Shown piece by piece: positions 11,860 to 24,280 of a DNA stretch of 64,000 nt. Position 1 is the first letter of the stretch. Each line of letters starts with the position of its first letter. This stretch comes from Eledone cirrhosa (taxonomy: Eukaryota): positions 141,918,001-141,982,000 of the forward strand of contig OZ024741.1 in the NCBI GenBank assembly GCA_964016885.1, in the 5' to 3' direction. Made by a program: the position numbers and the translations under genes. A model generated the notes under the pieces. It saw nothing but the letters and a program-made list of their open reading frames with translations, had not been told where the DNA came from and made no database searches.

Positions 11860-14412
11860 TTGAAAGGATAACAAGGACGATTGATTACTCCTTCATTGCA
11901 TTTATTGGTAGGTAACGCGCATTTCGCCACTGATCAGCTCAAGGTTCGATCTGTATCGATCCTACCCGACTCAATAATCGGCGGTTCGACGGACCCTTTA
12001 AAATGGTATAAAAAAATGAAATACATGCTATGTGGTAAAGCCAGAATTTCAAGACAATATGAGTTGTTTTGATTGGTGGGAAGGATCAAAGGGATGTACT
12101 GGCCTGTAGTGTATGTGGGGTGGATGTGATGATGAGATGTTGGTGACGGTCGCTGGCTGTGATGGGCTGGGGTGTGGTGGTGGCGGGTTGGCCTTGGCCT
12201 GTAATGTATGTGGGGGTGGATGTGATGATAAGATGGTGGTTATGGTCGCTTACTGGGATGGGCTGTGGTGTGAGATTAGTGGTGGTGGTGGTGGTGTTGT
12301 GAGCGACAAAAATATACAGGATCGAATAGTACGGTGGGTTACAGGTTAAAAGGTGACATAGGGAACGCGGGGGAAAAGAGTTTATGGACGTATAGCGATG
12401 TGTGTTGTGGTCATGGTGCTAGGGTGATATGTTCGACAAAATGATTACATGATCAAAAGTTACGGTGGGTTACAGGGTAAGGCAGACAGGGGGCAGATAT
12501 AACACAGTCGGTCTAGGAGTGAGGGATGATATGTGTTGATGATGTTAATGATGTTAATGATGTTAATGATTGTTGAAGTATGTGGATGTATCTAGTGGTG
12601 GCGGTGGTGGTGTGTGCGACAGTACATTTACAGGGTCGAATTTAGCGTGGGGTTGTAGGTTAGGGTAGACAGAGGGAACGTGGGGGAGAGATAAGGTTGC
12701 GGGTGTGGATGGTAGACATATGACGATGTGTGGTGTGGTGGTGGTGGTGGCGATGGTGTGATATGATCGACATTGTATTTACAGGATCAGATGTTACTAT
12801 GGTTTGCGAGGTAAAACCTGACAGAGAGGACATATAGAACACAATGTTGCAAGGATGAGGAGTGTATGGCGATGTGATTGTTGGTGGGGAGGGGGGTGTA
12901 TGCGGCATGATATACAAAATACGGGCTTACAAATGGTTACATGCAATACAATAAAATAAATTCAATAAATAAATTCGCTGAGATGGGCGATGGTGAGACG
13001 GGGCAGAGGTGGTTATTATTATGCTGGGTCATGGTTATTGCGGGGCCCTCCCCCGAATGTTTGTGCGGAAAGTGTTCAGCCTGGTGTGTCTGCAATTGAC
13101 AATTGTGTCCGACCTATAGTTTATGGCAGATTTTAATTTAATTATTTCCGCCGCCTCAGCCAGGCATAACCTGCAGTGGTTTCTGTCACTGGAGAGTTGT
13201 GCCACGCGTCTTTTCACTGACCACGAGATCTGGGGTTCAATATTCCTGTCCTTGAGGTCCCAGATCAAATCGGCCAGTCTGGTTTGGGATCGTTTCAGCC
13301 TATGTTTAAAGGAGCCTCTGTGGTTATACCAGCGCTCCTTAAACGTAGTTGATGTCGCACCTATATATGAGTAATCCTTATTTCCGGCTGTGACATCACA
13401 CCGGTAAAAAATGTTTTTAACGAGGCACTCCCCGTTTTGATCTGGGACCTCAAGGACAGGAATATTGAACCCCAGATCTCGTGGTCAGTGAAAAGACGCG
13501 TGGCACAACTCTCCAGTGACAGAAACCACTGCAGGTTATGCCTGGCTGAGGCGGCGGAAATAATTAAATTAAAATCTGCCATAAACTATAGGTCGGACAC
13601 AATTGTCAATTGCAGACACACCAGGCTGAACACTTTCCGCACAAACATTCGGGGGAGGGCCCCGCAATAACCATGACCCAGCATAATAATAACCACCTCT
13701 GCCCCGTCTCACCATCGCCCATCTCAGCGAATTTATTTATTGAATTTATTTTATTGTATTGCATGTAACCATTTGTAAGCCCGTATTTTGTATATCATGC
13801 CGCATACATCCCCCCCACCAACAATCACATCGCCATACACTCCTCATCCTTGCAACATTGTGTTCTATATGTCCTCTCTGCCAGGTTTTACCTCGCAAAC
13901 CATAGTAACATCTGATCCTGTAAATACAATGTCGATCATATCACACCATCGCCACCACCACCACACCACATATCGTCATATGTCTATCATCCACACCCGC
14001 AACCTTATCTCTCCCCCACGTTTCCTCTGTCTACCCTAACCTACAACCCCACGCTAAATTCGACCCTGTAAATGTACTGTCGCACACACCACCACTAGAT
14101 ACATCCACATACTTCAACAATCATTAACATCATTAACATCATTAACATCATCAACACATATCATCCCTCACTCCTAGACCGACTGTGTTATATCTGCCCC
14201 CTGTCTGCCTTACCCTGTAACCCACCGTAACTTTTGATCATGTAATCATTTTGTCGAACATATCACCCCAGCACCACCACCACCACCATGACCACAACAC
14301 ACATCGTTAGACGTCCATAAACTCTTTTCCCCGGCGTTCCCTATGTCACCTTTTAACCTGTACAATTCGATCCTGTATGTTTTTGTCGCTCACAACTCCA
14401 CCACCACCACCA
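11860..14412 (-). mobile_element. 5'-truncated Penelope-like element (Naiad-type GIY-YIG 3' end) with a ~1-kb 5' inverted copy
   Basis: Minus strand 13435>13035 reads GECLVKNIFYRCDVTAGNKDYSYIGATSTTFKERWYNH...LIWDLKD...CRLCLAE...NCRH. Segment 13436-14412 is the reverse complement of about 12280-13269. Confidence 0.85.
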
Positions 14413-14546
14413 CAAGACACAACTCCATACTTCATCAATACCGCCAACACATACCTCCCCTCTCGAACCAACGCAAGTGTGTGTGTCTGTGTGTAAGTAT
14501 TCTTTACATATACGTGCGATTACATATGCGTGCGTGTGTGCATATG

Positions 14547-14593
<47 letters not shown>

Positions 14594-15194
14594 ATGTGTA
14601 TATATGCATGTATGTGTGTGTGTGTATGTCTATGTGTGTGTATACGTGTGTGTGTGTGTGTGTTTATGTATACGTGTGTCTACGTGTATGTGCGCATATC
14701 CGTATGTTTGTATGTGTGTAGGTATGTGTATGTCTATATGTATAACACCATCTCCATTGGCTCTCACCTTCCCTCCATCTTTGTCCTACGCCACCCCCAC
14801 CGATACTCCCCCACTCTCCCTATATATGTCCACACCTATTCACGCCACTGGGATGACGCTGGCACGATGTGTGTAATTTTAAAAATGCAACACGTGCGAC
14901 AGGTCATTCGCAGATTTGCATTGGATGTGTAAACACAGATAGGTAAATCTTCTCCCTTGCTGAAGATTCGTTTTGACTACTGTGAGTTTACGGATTAATG
15001 GTGAAATATATTTCTTTAATGAAATATATACAAGGAAGATTAATCATTTTTAAAAGGCAATATTTGAAGTACTAGTTAAACTTTAATTAGTTACCTACCT
15101 AGCTGTGTGTGCTTACACACTTTACAAATTATCCCCTGTGATTGTTTCTTGTGTTTATTTTAAATATATATATATGTCAATCAATTTCTAGTTG

Positions 15195-15222
15195 ATATAA
15201 AATGCTCGGATCTATTCAAAAG

Positions 15223-15268
<46 letters not shown>

Positions 15269-15625
15269 TCTTTCTTTCTTTTTTTCTCTCTTCTATTTCT
15301 TTTTTCCTTTTTCCTTCTTTCCTTTTCTTCATTTTTCCTATTTTTTTCTCTTCTCTTATATTTTTGTCAAATCTTGACTGGACACTTTCTTGTTCACAAG
15401 TGTGTTTAGGCCTCATATCATGTTACCTTATTTTATCTGATGAGAACACAATTTTTGTCCCAGGATGATGTTGTTTTCGAAATGCGCATAATAAAATATA
15501 TGGAACTTTTTTAACCATCTTTTAATTTCTTCTTTATATATACTCCAGTTCTACCAACTGTCGAGTGCTACTTATCTGATATATGCATAGTTTTATTGTT
15601 CTACAATATTACTCACCTCCTACAT
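15195..15625 (+). mobile_element. Solo Penelope-type LTR fragment (same family as 26010-26415) with hammerhead at 15429-15498
   Basis: Near-identical to 26010-26415. Reads tattttat CTGATGA gaacac...gttttc GAAA tgcgca TA ataaaata. Confidence 0.8.
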
Positions 15626-15929
15626 GTGTGTGTGTGTTTTTACTTTAAAAGAAATTCAAACACACACACACAACACACACACAAGCACATAAATAAACAT
15701 ACATATCTTTACTTAAAAAGAAATTCAAACACACACACACAACACACACACAAGCACACAAATAAACATACATATCTTTACTTTCTTTATTTTAATAGAA
15801 AATCTGAATTCTGACACCCCAGCGAACTAACCATATTCACTGAACCAGAACAATTCTCCCATCCCATTTCTCTTGACCATTATCTTTTGCTTGTCATAAA
15901 ATTCTCTAAAAAGGCTACAGAATAGATTT

Positions 15930-16305
15930 CCAAATACGGGCGCGAAATTTAATAAAAAGTTGTTCACGTGACAGCAATAATTTCATTTATAACCAATCAA
16001 ATTACGTTTATTAAAAAAAAGCCTTCGTGAGCCCCCTTTTTTTTTAAGTAAAAAGAAATTCAAACACTCATATATGAAAAAACAACCTGAGCCCCCATCC
16101 CCTTGTTTGAAGAACTTTGTAACGCGAACTGGCGCGAAATTTATTATAATTATTGACCAACCAATCAAATTACTTCTCTAAAAACCTGGCGTTTCGAGCC
16201 ACTTTTTTCCATATAAAACAAGACCAACCAGATGTGAGAAAAACCACAGACCCTCCATCTCAACTCTACTTTTGAAAAGCAGAAGAACTGCGAAACCGGT
16301 AAAGG
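15930..16305 (+). promoter_or_regulatory. Candidate Pol II promoter (two E2F-like sites, two CCAAT boxes, E-box, TATA-like) with a possible first-exon donor
   Basis: GGCGCGAAA at 15939 and 16131, AACCAATCA around 15993 and 16161, TCACGTGA at 15964, TATAAAA at 16212 and G|GTAAAG at 16299, in sequence not repeated elsewhere in the window. Confidence 0.35.
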
Positions 16306-16425
16306 AACCAAATAAATATATATATATTTTTTTTTTAATATAAAACTCCAGTTGCATTTTCGATTTCATCTTTTTTTCTTTATACTTTCACTCGGTTATT
16401 TTTCATTTTGTAAAAAAAACCTCAC

Positions 16426-16461
<36 letters not shown>

Positions 16462-17507
16462 CTACTTTTATTTATATATTTATACATTTTTAGGTATTTA
16501 CTACTCTTACAAACAGTAGCAAACATAATCTCCTTACGTTACCTGTTATAGGACGAGTAATACGCTAGTACATGTATAAAAAATAAAGATTATAATAAAA
16601 CCATTGTTAATTTGTTACATTTAATTAACTTGTGATTTTTTTAAACATAAAACACAATGGGAAAGTGTAGCAAAAATCTATGTATGAGTAACAAAGAATT
16701 AAGAATTTACATGAAATGATATTGAAATAAAAGCAAAAATAACATGGCGTTTTCTAACAATGAAATATATTTCTATACTGCATAAGAGAAAAAAGTTATT
16801 TGCTGTGAGACCATTATATATTAATCTCACCGTTTAGCTACGTAATGTATTAAGGGATTGGATTTCTTTGAGCATATGTGATAATTTTATGTCTTGCTAT
16901 GTCGTCAATGACACCATAAAAATCATTCATGCCTAGGAAGCTTTTCATGAATTATTTCGTTTGAAGATGCATAGAGAAGCAGATTACTGTGAGAAGTTGT
17001 GGTTAATAAAATGCTGCTCTGCATGTTTTGTGATAGAATAAAAGGGATGAATTCTGTTGGGAACCATAAATGAAAGATGCATATCAACTTTAATATTCCA
17101 TTCTATACACTACGAACGTGTAATACTTCAAAGATGACAGATAAAGTATTAAAAAAATAACGGACGAAGATATTTTCATACCTCAAGGCATAAGAGGATG
17201 TCACTTGATGTATACAGGATTCTTTTGGTGTGGGATGCAATGGCGATTAATATATACGAAACTGCAATGTTTGAATCTTAGGAAACAAGACGATTACAAA
17301 CGTATGGAATAACGTGATAAACTATATCATATCGTCTCCTATACTAACTCGGGATATTTTATTAACATCCTTTCTATCGTAGCTATTTCTAGAAAGACAT
17401 TAGATTCAAACATATTTCCGCGTTGATAAAGTATATATCAAAAGATATCGTCGGATATTAAGAGGTCTCCAATATTCTATATTGCCTAAAGCAAGTTCAT
17501 GTTTCCT

Positions 17508-17610
<103 letters not shown>

Positions 17611-17919
17611 GAGTGTGTGTGAGAGAGAGAGAGACAGAAAAACAGAGAGAGAGACAGAGAGATACGGGGATTAGCATGACTGAGTGGTTAAGAGGTTTGC
17701 TTTGAAATCATTGGTTCTTGAATTCAATCTCATTGCCTGGCATTTTAGAAAACAGTCAGATGGCCTTTACCTATAATTCAAGGCGTTAGTCTTTTCAAAC
17801 ACATGATAGTAAACCGAATATCCTAACCATATAACTACTCGCCTTCGTGTGTGCGTATGTATGTATCTATATGTGTGTATATATACATATATGTATGTGT
17901 GCATATACATGTATATATG

Positions 17920-17998
<79 letters not shown>

Positions 17999-19186
17999 AT
18001 ATGTGTGCGTGTGTGTGTAACTATAGATCTATTTGTATGCATACATATATAATTCATTGTGTTTATGTTTTCTTTATTATCGTTATATACTAACACATAC
18101 ACTTCTCAAAGAGCTGAAATCTGGTCAATAAAGTACAATTTAGTTAATAGCTCGAAGTCTGGATTATTGTAAAAAATAAGAGTTACAATAAACTAATATC
18201 ATTAAACAGACAATGACAATATTGTGTTGTTGACTATAATAGCGCATCTCTCTATTGTATGGCATATATAATGCTATTGAGACTACGATCGTACATAGCG
18301 TTTAATATCTTTCAATAAATAGTTAATCAACAGTATTAAATGGATTATTTCCCTTAGGAATTTATAGACTAAACACAGAATATTCATTCATACAATGTCA
18401 GCCACTAAATATGATATGAACATAAGTACAGAGGGAGAACATTTGTTGTTGGTGTATTATTTTGTTTTAGTCAAAAGTTCATTTTGTTTAATGTCAAACA
18501 TGACATATCTAGCCGTTCCAAATCTGAACACATTAGCATCTTTTGTAGTTGCCTTGTTGTTAGGATGTTGAATTCGCGATCATATGTTCGTGGGATTGAT
18601 TCCTAGACTCTCCAGTTTGTTGTGTTCTTCAGCGAAATAATTTATTTTACGTTGCTTCTTCTGACAGGAGTGGCGACCGACAGAAAACAGCAACAACGGA
18701 AAGATCAATGAAAACAGTTTCCTTGTTTCAATCTGACGATTGACTCCTTTCTTGTTTATTAGTATGTCTTGTACCATATGAAACCACATTAAAAAGTCAT
18801 TTTCGGAAAGTAAAAAACAGCAATATCACAGTATCATATTTAACATTAAATTCTTTACCCTAATACAATTTTGACAACAATCTCTTGAGCAGTAAAGATG
18901 CGATAAACATTTGAATTAACAGTTCTTTTTAGATATTATCTAAATCATTAGAGGATGTTAAGGTTCCCTTAATATATTGTACCACATGATACTATATTAA
19001 TAAGATATTTTGAAAAATACAAAACAGTACTAGTTTAACTCCAATACTACAACTGTTTACAAGAATTGGTATGCCTGTAATGCAACTATAAATATTTGAA
19101 TTAACAATCCTACTTTTAGATGTTTTCTACTAAATATGATGAAAAATACCTGAATAATGAATTAAATTGGACATGATTTGTTTTTA

Positions 19187-19218
<32 letters not shown>

Positions 19219-19418
19219 CAGTGGATGTAACTAGGAGTTACTGCAGGTTCACCCGGGTGAGCACTCGATGTTTAGGTTCACTTCTGTGATGATGTGTAGA
19301 GCTATACAGAGTGTAAAATATAGAAAGGATAAAAAGGATAATTGATTATTCCTTCATTGCATTTATTGATAGGTGACGCGGGTTTCGCCACTGATCAGCT
19401 CAAGGTTCGACAACATTT

Positions 19419-20249
19419 CAGACAACACTAAGAGAATTTTTAAAGCGACCGTCCAACTACACGTGGGAGAGAGAAGTCACTGAAATGTATAGCCTTACAA
19501 ACGCTGATGAACCTGGGTTATTTCATTTCTGTCAACAACTTACTGGCGAAACAGATCACTTTGGATTTGTACGTGTGTTATATAGTTATAGAGGTATTTA
19601 TTTACGCTTTAATTTATATTTTTAATTATCGTGTCTATACTCTGCCTTTCATAGGTTATAGATTCCATACACTGGTGGTTTTTCCCTGTTTTATTGATAG
19701 CGCACTGTATCTCTCTCTAGTGTGTTACCTTTTCAACATATTGTATTTTAAAGAGCTCAGGATTTCCTCTCCTTTGAGCACATTATTTACAGGGAACGGC
19801 GAGAGTCTATGGCTCCGTTAATGTATCGTGATATTTCGCTCCTTATAATAGTCTTTCCTCTCTCTCTGTTTGGTTGAGCACACTTCTTTGAATGATTTTG
19901 GGCTGCCCTTTCTAGCAGCTCGTCCCTCAGAGGCCACTGGTTCACTGCCCTTAAATACGCTGTGACTTCTCTCTCCCACGTGTAGTTGGACGGTCGCTTT
20001 AAAAATTCTCCTAGTGTTGTCCGAAATGTATAGCCTTACACACGCTGATGAACCTGGGTTATTTCATTTCTGTCAACAACTTACTGGCGAAAAGATCACT
20101 TTTGATTTGTAAGTGTGTTATATAGTTATAGAGGTATTTATTTACGCTTTAATTTATATTTTTAATTATCGTGTCTATACTCTGCCTTTCATAGGTTATA
20201 GATTCCATACACTGGTGGTTTTTCCCTGTTTTATTGATAGCGCACTGTA

Positions 20250-20258
<9 letters not shown>
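19419..20258 (+). mobile_element. Non-coding retrozyme-like / non-autonomous Penelope element: 541-bp unit, ~235-bp direct repeats each with a hammerhead, and a 5' inverted segment
   Basis: 19482-19718 is repeated at 20023-20258. CTGATGA lies at 19504 and 20045. 19419-19480 is the reverse complement of 19961-20022. Confidence 0.75.
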
Positions 20259-20305
<47 letters not shown>

Positions 20306-20755
20306 TTTGTATATCACATTTGCTACAACACAGCACGCCATTTTTTATTCCTATATGCTTTCCCCTTCACTGTGACCTGTCTTTTTCTCTTCCCTTACTG
20401 CTATCCTCCTTCTCTCTCCCCTTCTCCCTCCTTCTCCCTCTTACTTTCATTCACCCCCTCTGTTAGTCACCCTCTCTCGGCTAGCCTCTTCCTCACACTT
20501 TCACTCACTCACTCTCTGCTACTCACCCCCTCTCTCACTTCCTCCATCGTCCCACACCGTGCGAAATTCTTTCCTCGCTTACTTTCGCATGGTTAAGATG
20601 TGTCTTTTGTCTTCTCGTCAATATTCGCAAGTTCTTATGTTCAAATAAATCATTGACTTGATTATCTCATTGTTTCCTCTCTTCGTGTTTGTTTGCCTGT
20701 CTCTCTTTCTTCACCCAATTCTTTTTATCCCAATAACTTATTTTAGTTATTGCAT

Positions 20756-20826
20756 CGCGCTAGCCTCAGGTATCTGGTCTTTAATGCGAAGAAATACCTA
20801 TGATGGCTAGTAGACCACTGATGGTG
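20756..20826 (+). ncRNA. Candidate non-circularly permuted hammerhead, copy 1
   Basis: gctagcc-tca-ggtATC-tggtct-ttaatgcgaa-GAAA-tacc-tatgat-ggctagt-agacca-CTGATGG. See findings. Confidence 0.55.
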
Positions 20827-20907
20827 GATAGTCCTGGCTTCTATTTATAATTCTTCATTTTAATTTGTATATCACATATGCAACAACACAGCACGACCTT
20901 TTTCATT

Positions 20908-20959
<52 letters not shown>

Positions 20960-20968
<9 letters not shown>

Positions 20969-21150
20969 AAGCAAGGGCTGCAGGACTGCGTACGGTTTAT
21001 TTCTTTTAAACCAGTTAGTAAAATAAGTTGGATTACTTTGAATAAATAATGAATGAATATTACATAATTTATGTGCTAAATTTCATAAACAAATAATTTC
21101 GTAAATATAAATAATTTAAAATTGACTTCTTTTCAAAGTTGCACTTCCGG
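20960..21150 (+). mobile_element. 5' fragment of a non-autonomous Helitron (same family as 21651-22312, opposite orientation)
   Basis: ataataaag...ggactgcgtacggttt...agtaaaataagttggattactttgaataaataatgaatgaat matches the reverse complement of about 22180-22305. Confidence 0.65.
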
Positions 21151-21650
21151 TATATCGTCGCCACCAGCACTTCAACTACCATATATATAGAAAGAGAGAG
21201 TGTGTGATGAGAGATATAGATAGATTATGATTTTCTACACACTGACGCGTACACATACATATTTGTATGGGTATATAACTATATTGGCGCAATCACAAAC
21301 TTATAAAAATACCCACTCACGGACATAATTCACACAAATACAATTATACATCTCACGGACACACTCTCTAGAATAGATATATTTATGTGTGTGTGTGAGA
21401 GAGAGAGAGATAGGTAGATAGACAGGTAGGTTGGCAGGTAGATAGATAGGTCGATAGATCGATACGTAGATCGACACATACTTTCACACAAACATACATA
21501 CATTCACACATACATTTGCACAAACACACACATAGTCATGATAGCGTTCGGTTTAATTGGAAATGAGAGGGTAAAACAAGTATAACGTTTTATTTATTTA
21601 TTAACTCTTTATTTATTTATTAATTCTTTTTTTTAACTCATTTAATATAA

Positions 21651-22312
21651 CTAGCAGAAAACTCACCCTTGGGGTGGTTTTCTGCTAGCATATGTGGTGT
21701 GTATATTGATATTATACGCAAGTATATATGCATGTAGATATGATACATCAAATAAAACTGTAATTGACAATATACACAGAAATTGAACGAAGACTGTGTT
21801 ACACTGTCTTCTGTAATCAGTAACGTAATCCATGATACATTAAAAAAAGACGATATTATATATCTGCTAGCATGTGTAGTGTATATATTGATATTATACG
21901 CAAGTATATAGGCATGTAGATATGATCAAATAAAATCGCAATTGACGATATACACAGAAATTGAACGAAGACTGTATTACACTGTCTTATGTAATCAGTA
22001 ACGTAATCCATGATACATTTTAAAAAAACGATATTATATATAAACTGCATCAGGAGTAAATTAGTGACAGAAATATATGAATATTTATTTAAACGATCGC
22101 TAACCGGAAGTGTTTGACATTTGAAAATGTTAAAGAAGTGAATCTTTAAATAAGTAATAAAATATATTTAATGAACAGCCACGAAATTTAGTAGATAAAT
22201 TATGTAACATTCATTCATTATTTATTCAAAGTAATCCAACTTATTTTACTAAGGCGATAAAAAATTATAAACCGTACGCAGTCCCGCGCTTCTTACTTTA
22301 TTATAGTTTAGA
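21651..22312 (-). mobile_element. Complete non-autonomous Helitron
   Basis: Minus strand begins TC (22312-22311), ends in a hairpin plus CTAG (21654-21651), and sits between host A and T. About 200 bp at the 3' end is homologous to 30560-30739. Contains an internal ~185-bp tandem duplication. Confidence 0.85.
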
Positions 22313-24090
22313 TTAAGCACTGTTGTACGCCCATTGATTAGATATATATAAATGTAATAGCATATAAATTATGTTTGATGCAGACACACACACACATATA
22401 TATATATTTATATATAAAGAAGAAATTAAAAGATGGTTAAAAGAGTTCCATATATTTTATTATGCGCAATTCGAATACAAAATCATCCTGCGACAAAAAT
22501 TGTGTACTCATCAGATGAAATAAGGTAACATGATATGAGGCATAATATCACTTGTTTACAGGAAAGTGCTAAGTCTACATATGATACTATAGTAAGAAAT
22601 AGATAGGAAAATAGAAGAAAAAGAAAGAAGAGGAGAAAAAGGAAAAAGAAAGAGAAGAAAGGAAAAAAAGAATAAAAAAAGGAAGAGAGAGAGAGAAAGA
22701 GAGAGAGAGAGACTTTTGATCAGGAACGATGTCAAAATGAAAACAGCTGTAAATAACTGTGTATTGATGAGATGTAAATAACGGTGAATTGATGAGGTGT
22801 ATGTGCGAATATTATAGACAGTATTCAAATATTAGAGGTCTAAAAATAGAAACTGGGTATATTATTTTATGTTGGGTTTAAATACTGAAAATTGGATTAA
22901 GAAGTGTAAAAATGTATTAATAAAATAAAATAAAATAAAATAAATATAAAAAAGATTTTTATAAAATAAAATTAAAATAAAAATAGTCTAAGTCAAAATT
23001 AATAATTTCTAGTAAAAATCTATACTATTTAATTTTTATTTTATATCAACAAGTAAATAAAGTAAATTACTAGAAAGGTTTATAAGCGTAGAAAAACATA
23101 TGACGTCATAATTTGTTTACAAAATCTACAAAGGTTTAAGCGAAAATCTAAAAAAGGTCAAAAGCTTAATATATGATGAGAAAACCAAATTAATACATTG
23201 TAGAATATAATTAACGATGTGTAAAGAAAACCGTGACTCGTGGAATATGTTATAGGACATCAAGCTATATACTTTGTGAAAGGTTTTGTAGGATTTATGA
23301 TTACAATGTCCAAATAAATCGGTTCTTCGATTTATTATTGTGTTGAAATTCGAGATAATGGTAAATAATTTTTCAACTAGACATAAATTACAAACACTAG
23401 ATATGGAAGCGTTGTAGATTTTACGTCAATTTCGTAATTTATGTTTTTGTCTTTTAAGGACCAAATAAGTTCTGAGAGTGCAGTGCTGGTCCTTTTAAGT
23501 GGAGATTTAAATGTAGAAGAATGATTATAGAATCTTGCTTTAAAGGAGGTAGAAGTAGAGCCAATGTAGGTATAGGTATTGGTACTAGTTACCACTTTAC
23601 ATTCATATACTAGGATTTTATCGAGACAGAAATTACTAAGAGGACAATTAGTTCTAATAGGGTAGTTGCATTTACGATTAAGATTATTTACAGAGTTATT
23701 TGCAAATGGCCCAGGATTAATTATATTAGGAACTGGAGTGGTGGAATTAACTAAAGGAGGTGATATAGTTTCCAGATTTACATTACTATTCGATGTATTC
23801 CTCAAAGTTACATTTGACGACGTATTTATACTTGTGTTATTTTGCCTAGAGTTTACATTGACGTCGGGCATTATAGTGTTATTATTATAACTCTCGTGGT
23901 TGGATGCATATGAGTTATTATTTAATAGTTTAGAATTATGTCTTGAGATAATTTTAGAAATGTTGGAAGTAGTAGAATACGAAAATTTAATAATATGCCT
24001 ATTGAAAATCTTGCTATATATATGTGAAGGAGGGAAGCTGTTATGTAATGCCCTAAAGAATAATTTAGGGATATTATTAATAACGGAAAG

Positions 24091-24280
24091 GGCGGTGGAT
24101 TGGCAGTATCGGTAGAGGGTCGGACGCCATGTTTTCCAGCATAGTTACGTCCCTTTACGATCTGAGTTCAAATCCCGCCGAGGTTGACTTTGCCTTTCAT
24201 CCTTACGGGGTCGATAAAATAAAGTACCAGTAATGCACTGGATAATTGCTGGCCTTGTGCCTAAAGTAGAAACAATTATT
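24091..24280 (+). mobile_element. tRNA-derived SINE, family A, full length with 18-bp target-site duplication
   Basis: A-box-like TGGCAGTATCGG, B-box GAGTTCAAATCCC and central GACTTTGCCTTTCATCCTTACGGGGTCGATAAAATAAAGTACCAG. ATTATTAATAACGGAAAG is duplicated at 24073-24090 and 24275-24292. Confidence 0.92.

Noticed and set aside
13035-13670. Selenocysteine recoding in the Penelope GIY-YIG domain
   Set aside because: The visible conserved Cys positions use TGC/TGT and no in-frame TGA occupies them.
15645-15785. 63-bp tandem duplication
   Set aside because: Simple local duplication of CA-rich sequence with no further structure.
20960-22312. Single DNA transposon with long TIRs
   Set aside because: Better explained as two oppositely oriented Helitron 5' ends, since one belongs to a complete TC...CTAG element.
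24091-24180. tRNA gene
   Set aside because: A and B boxes belong to a multi-copy SINE head with a body, tail and TSD. No complete cloverleaf is evident.
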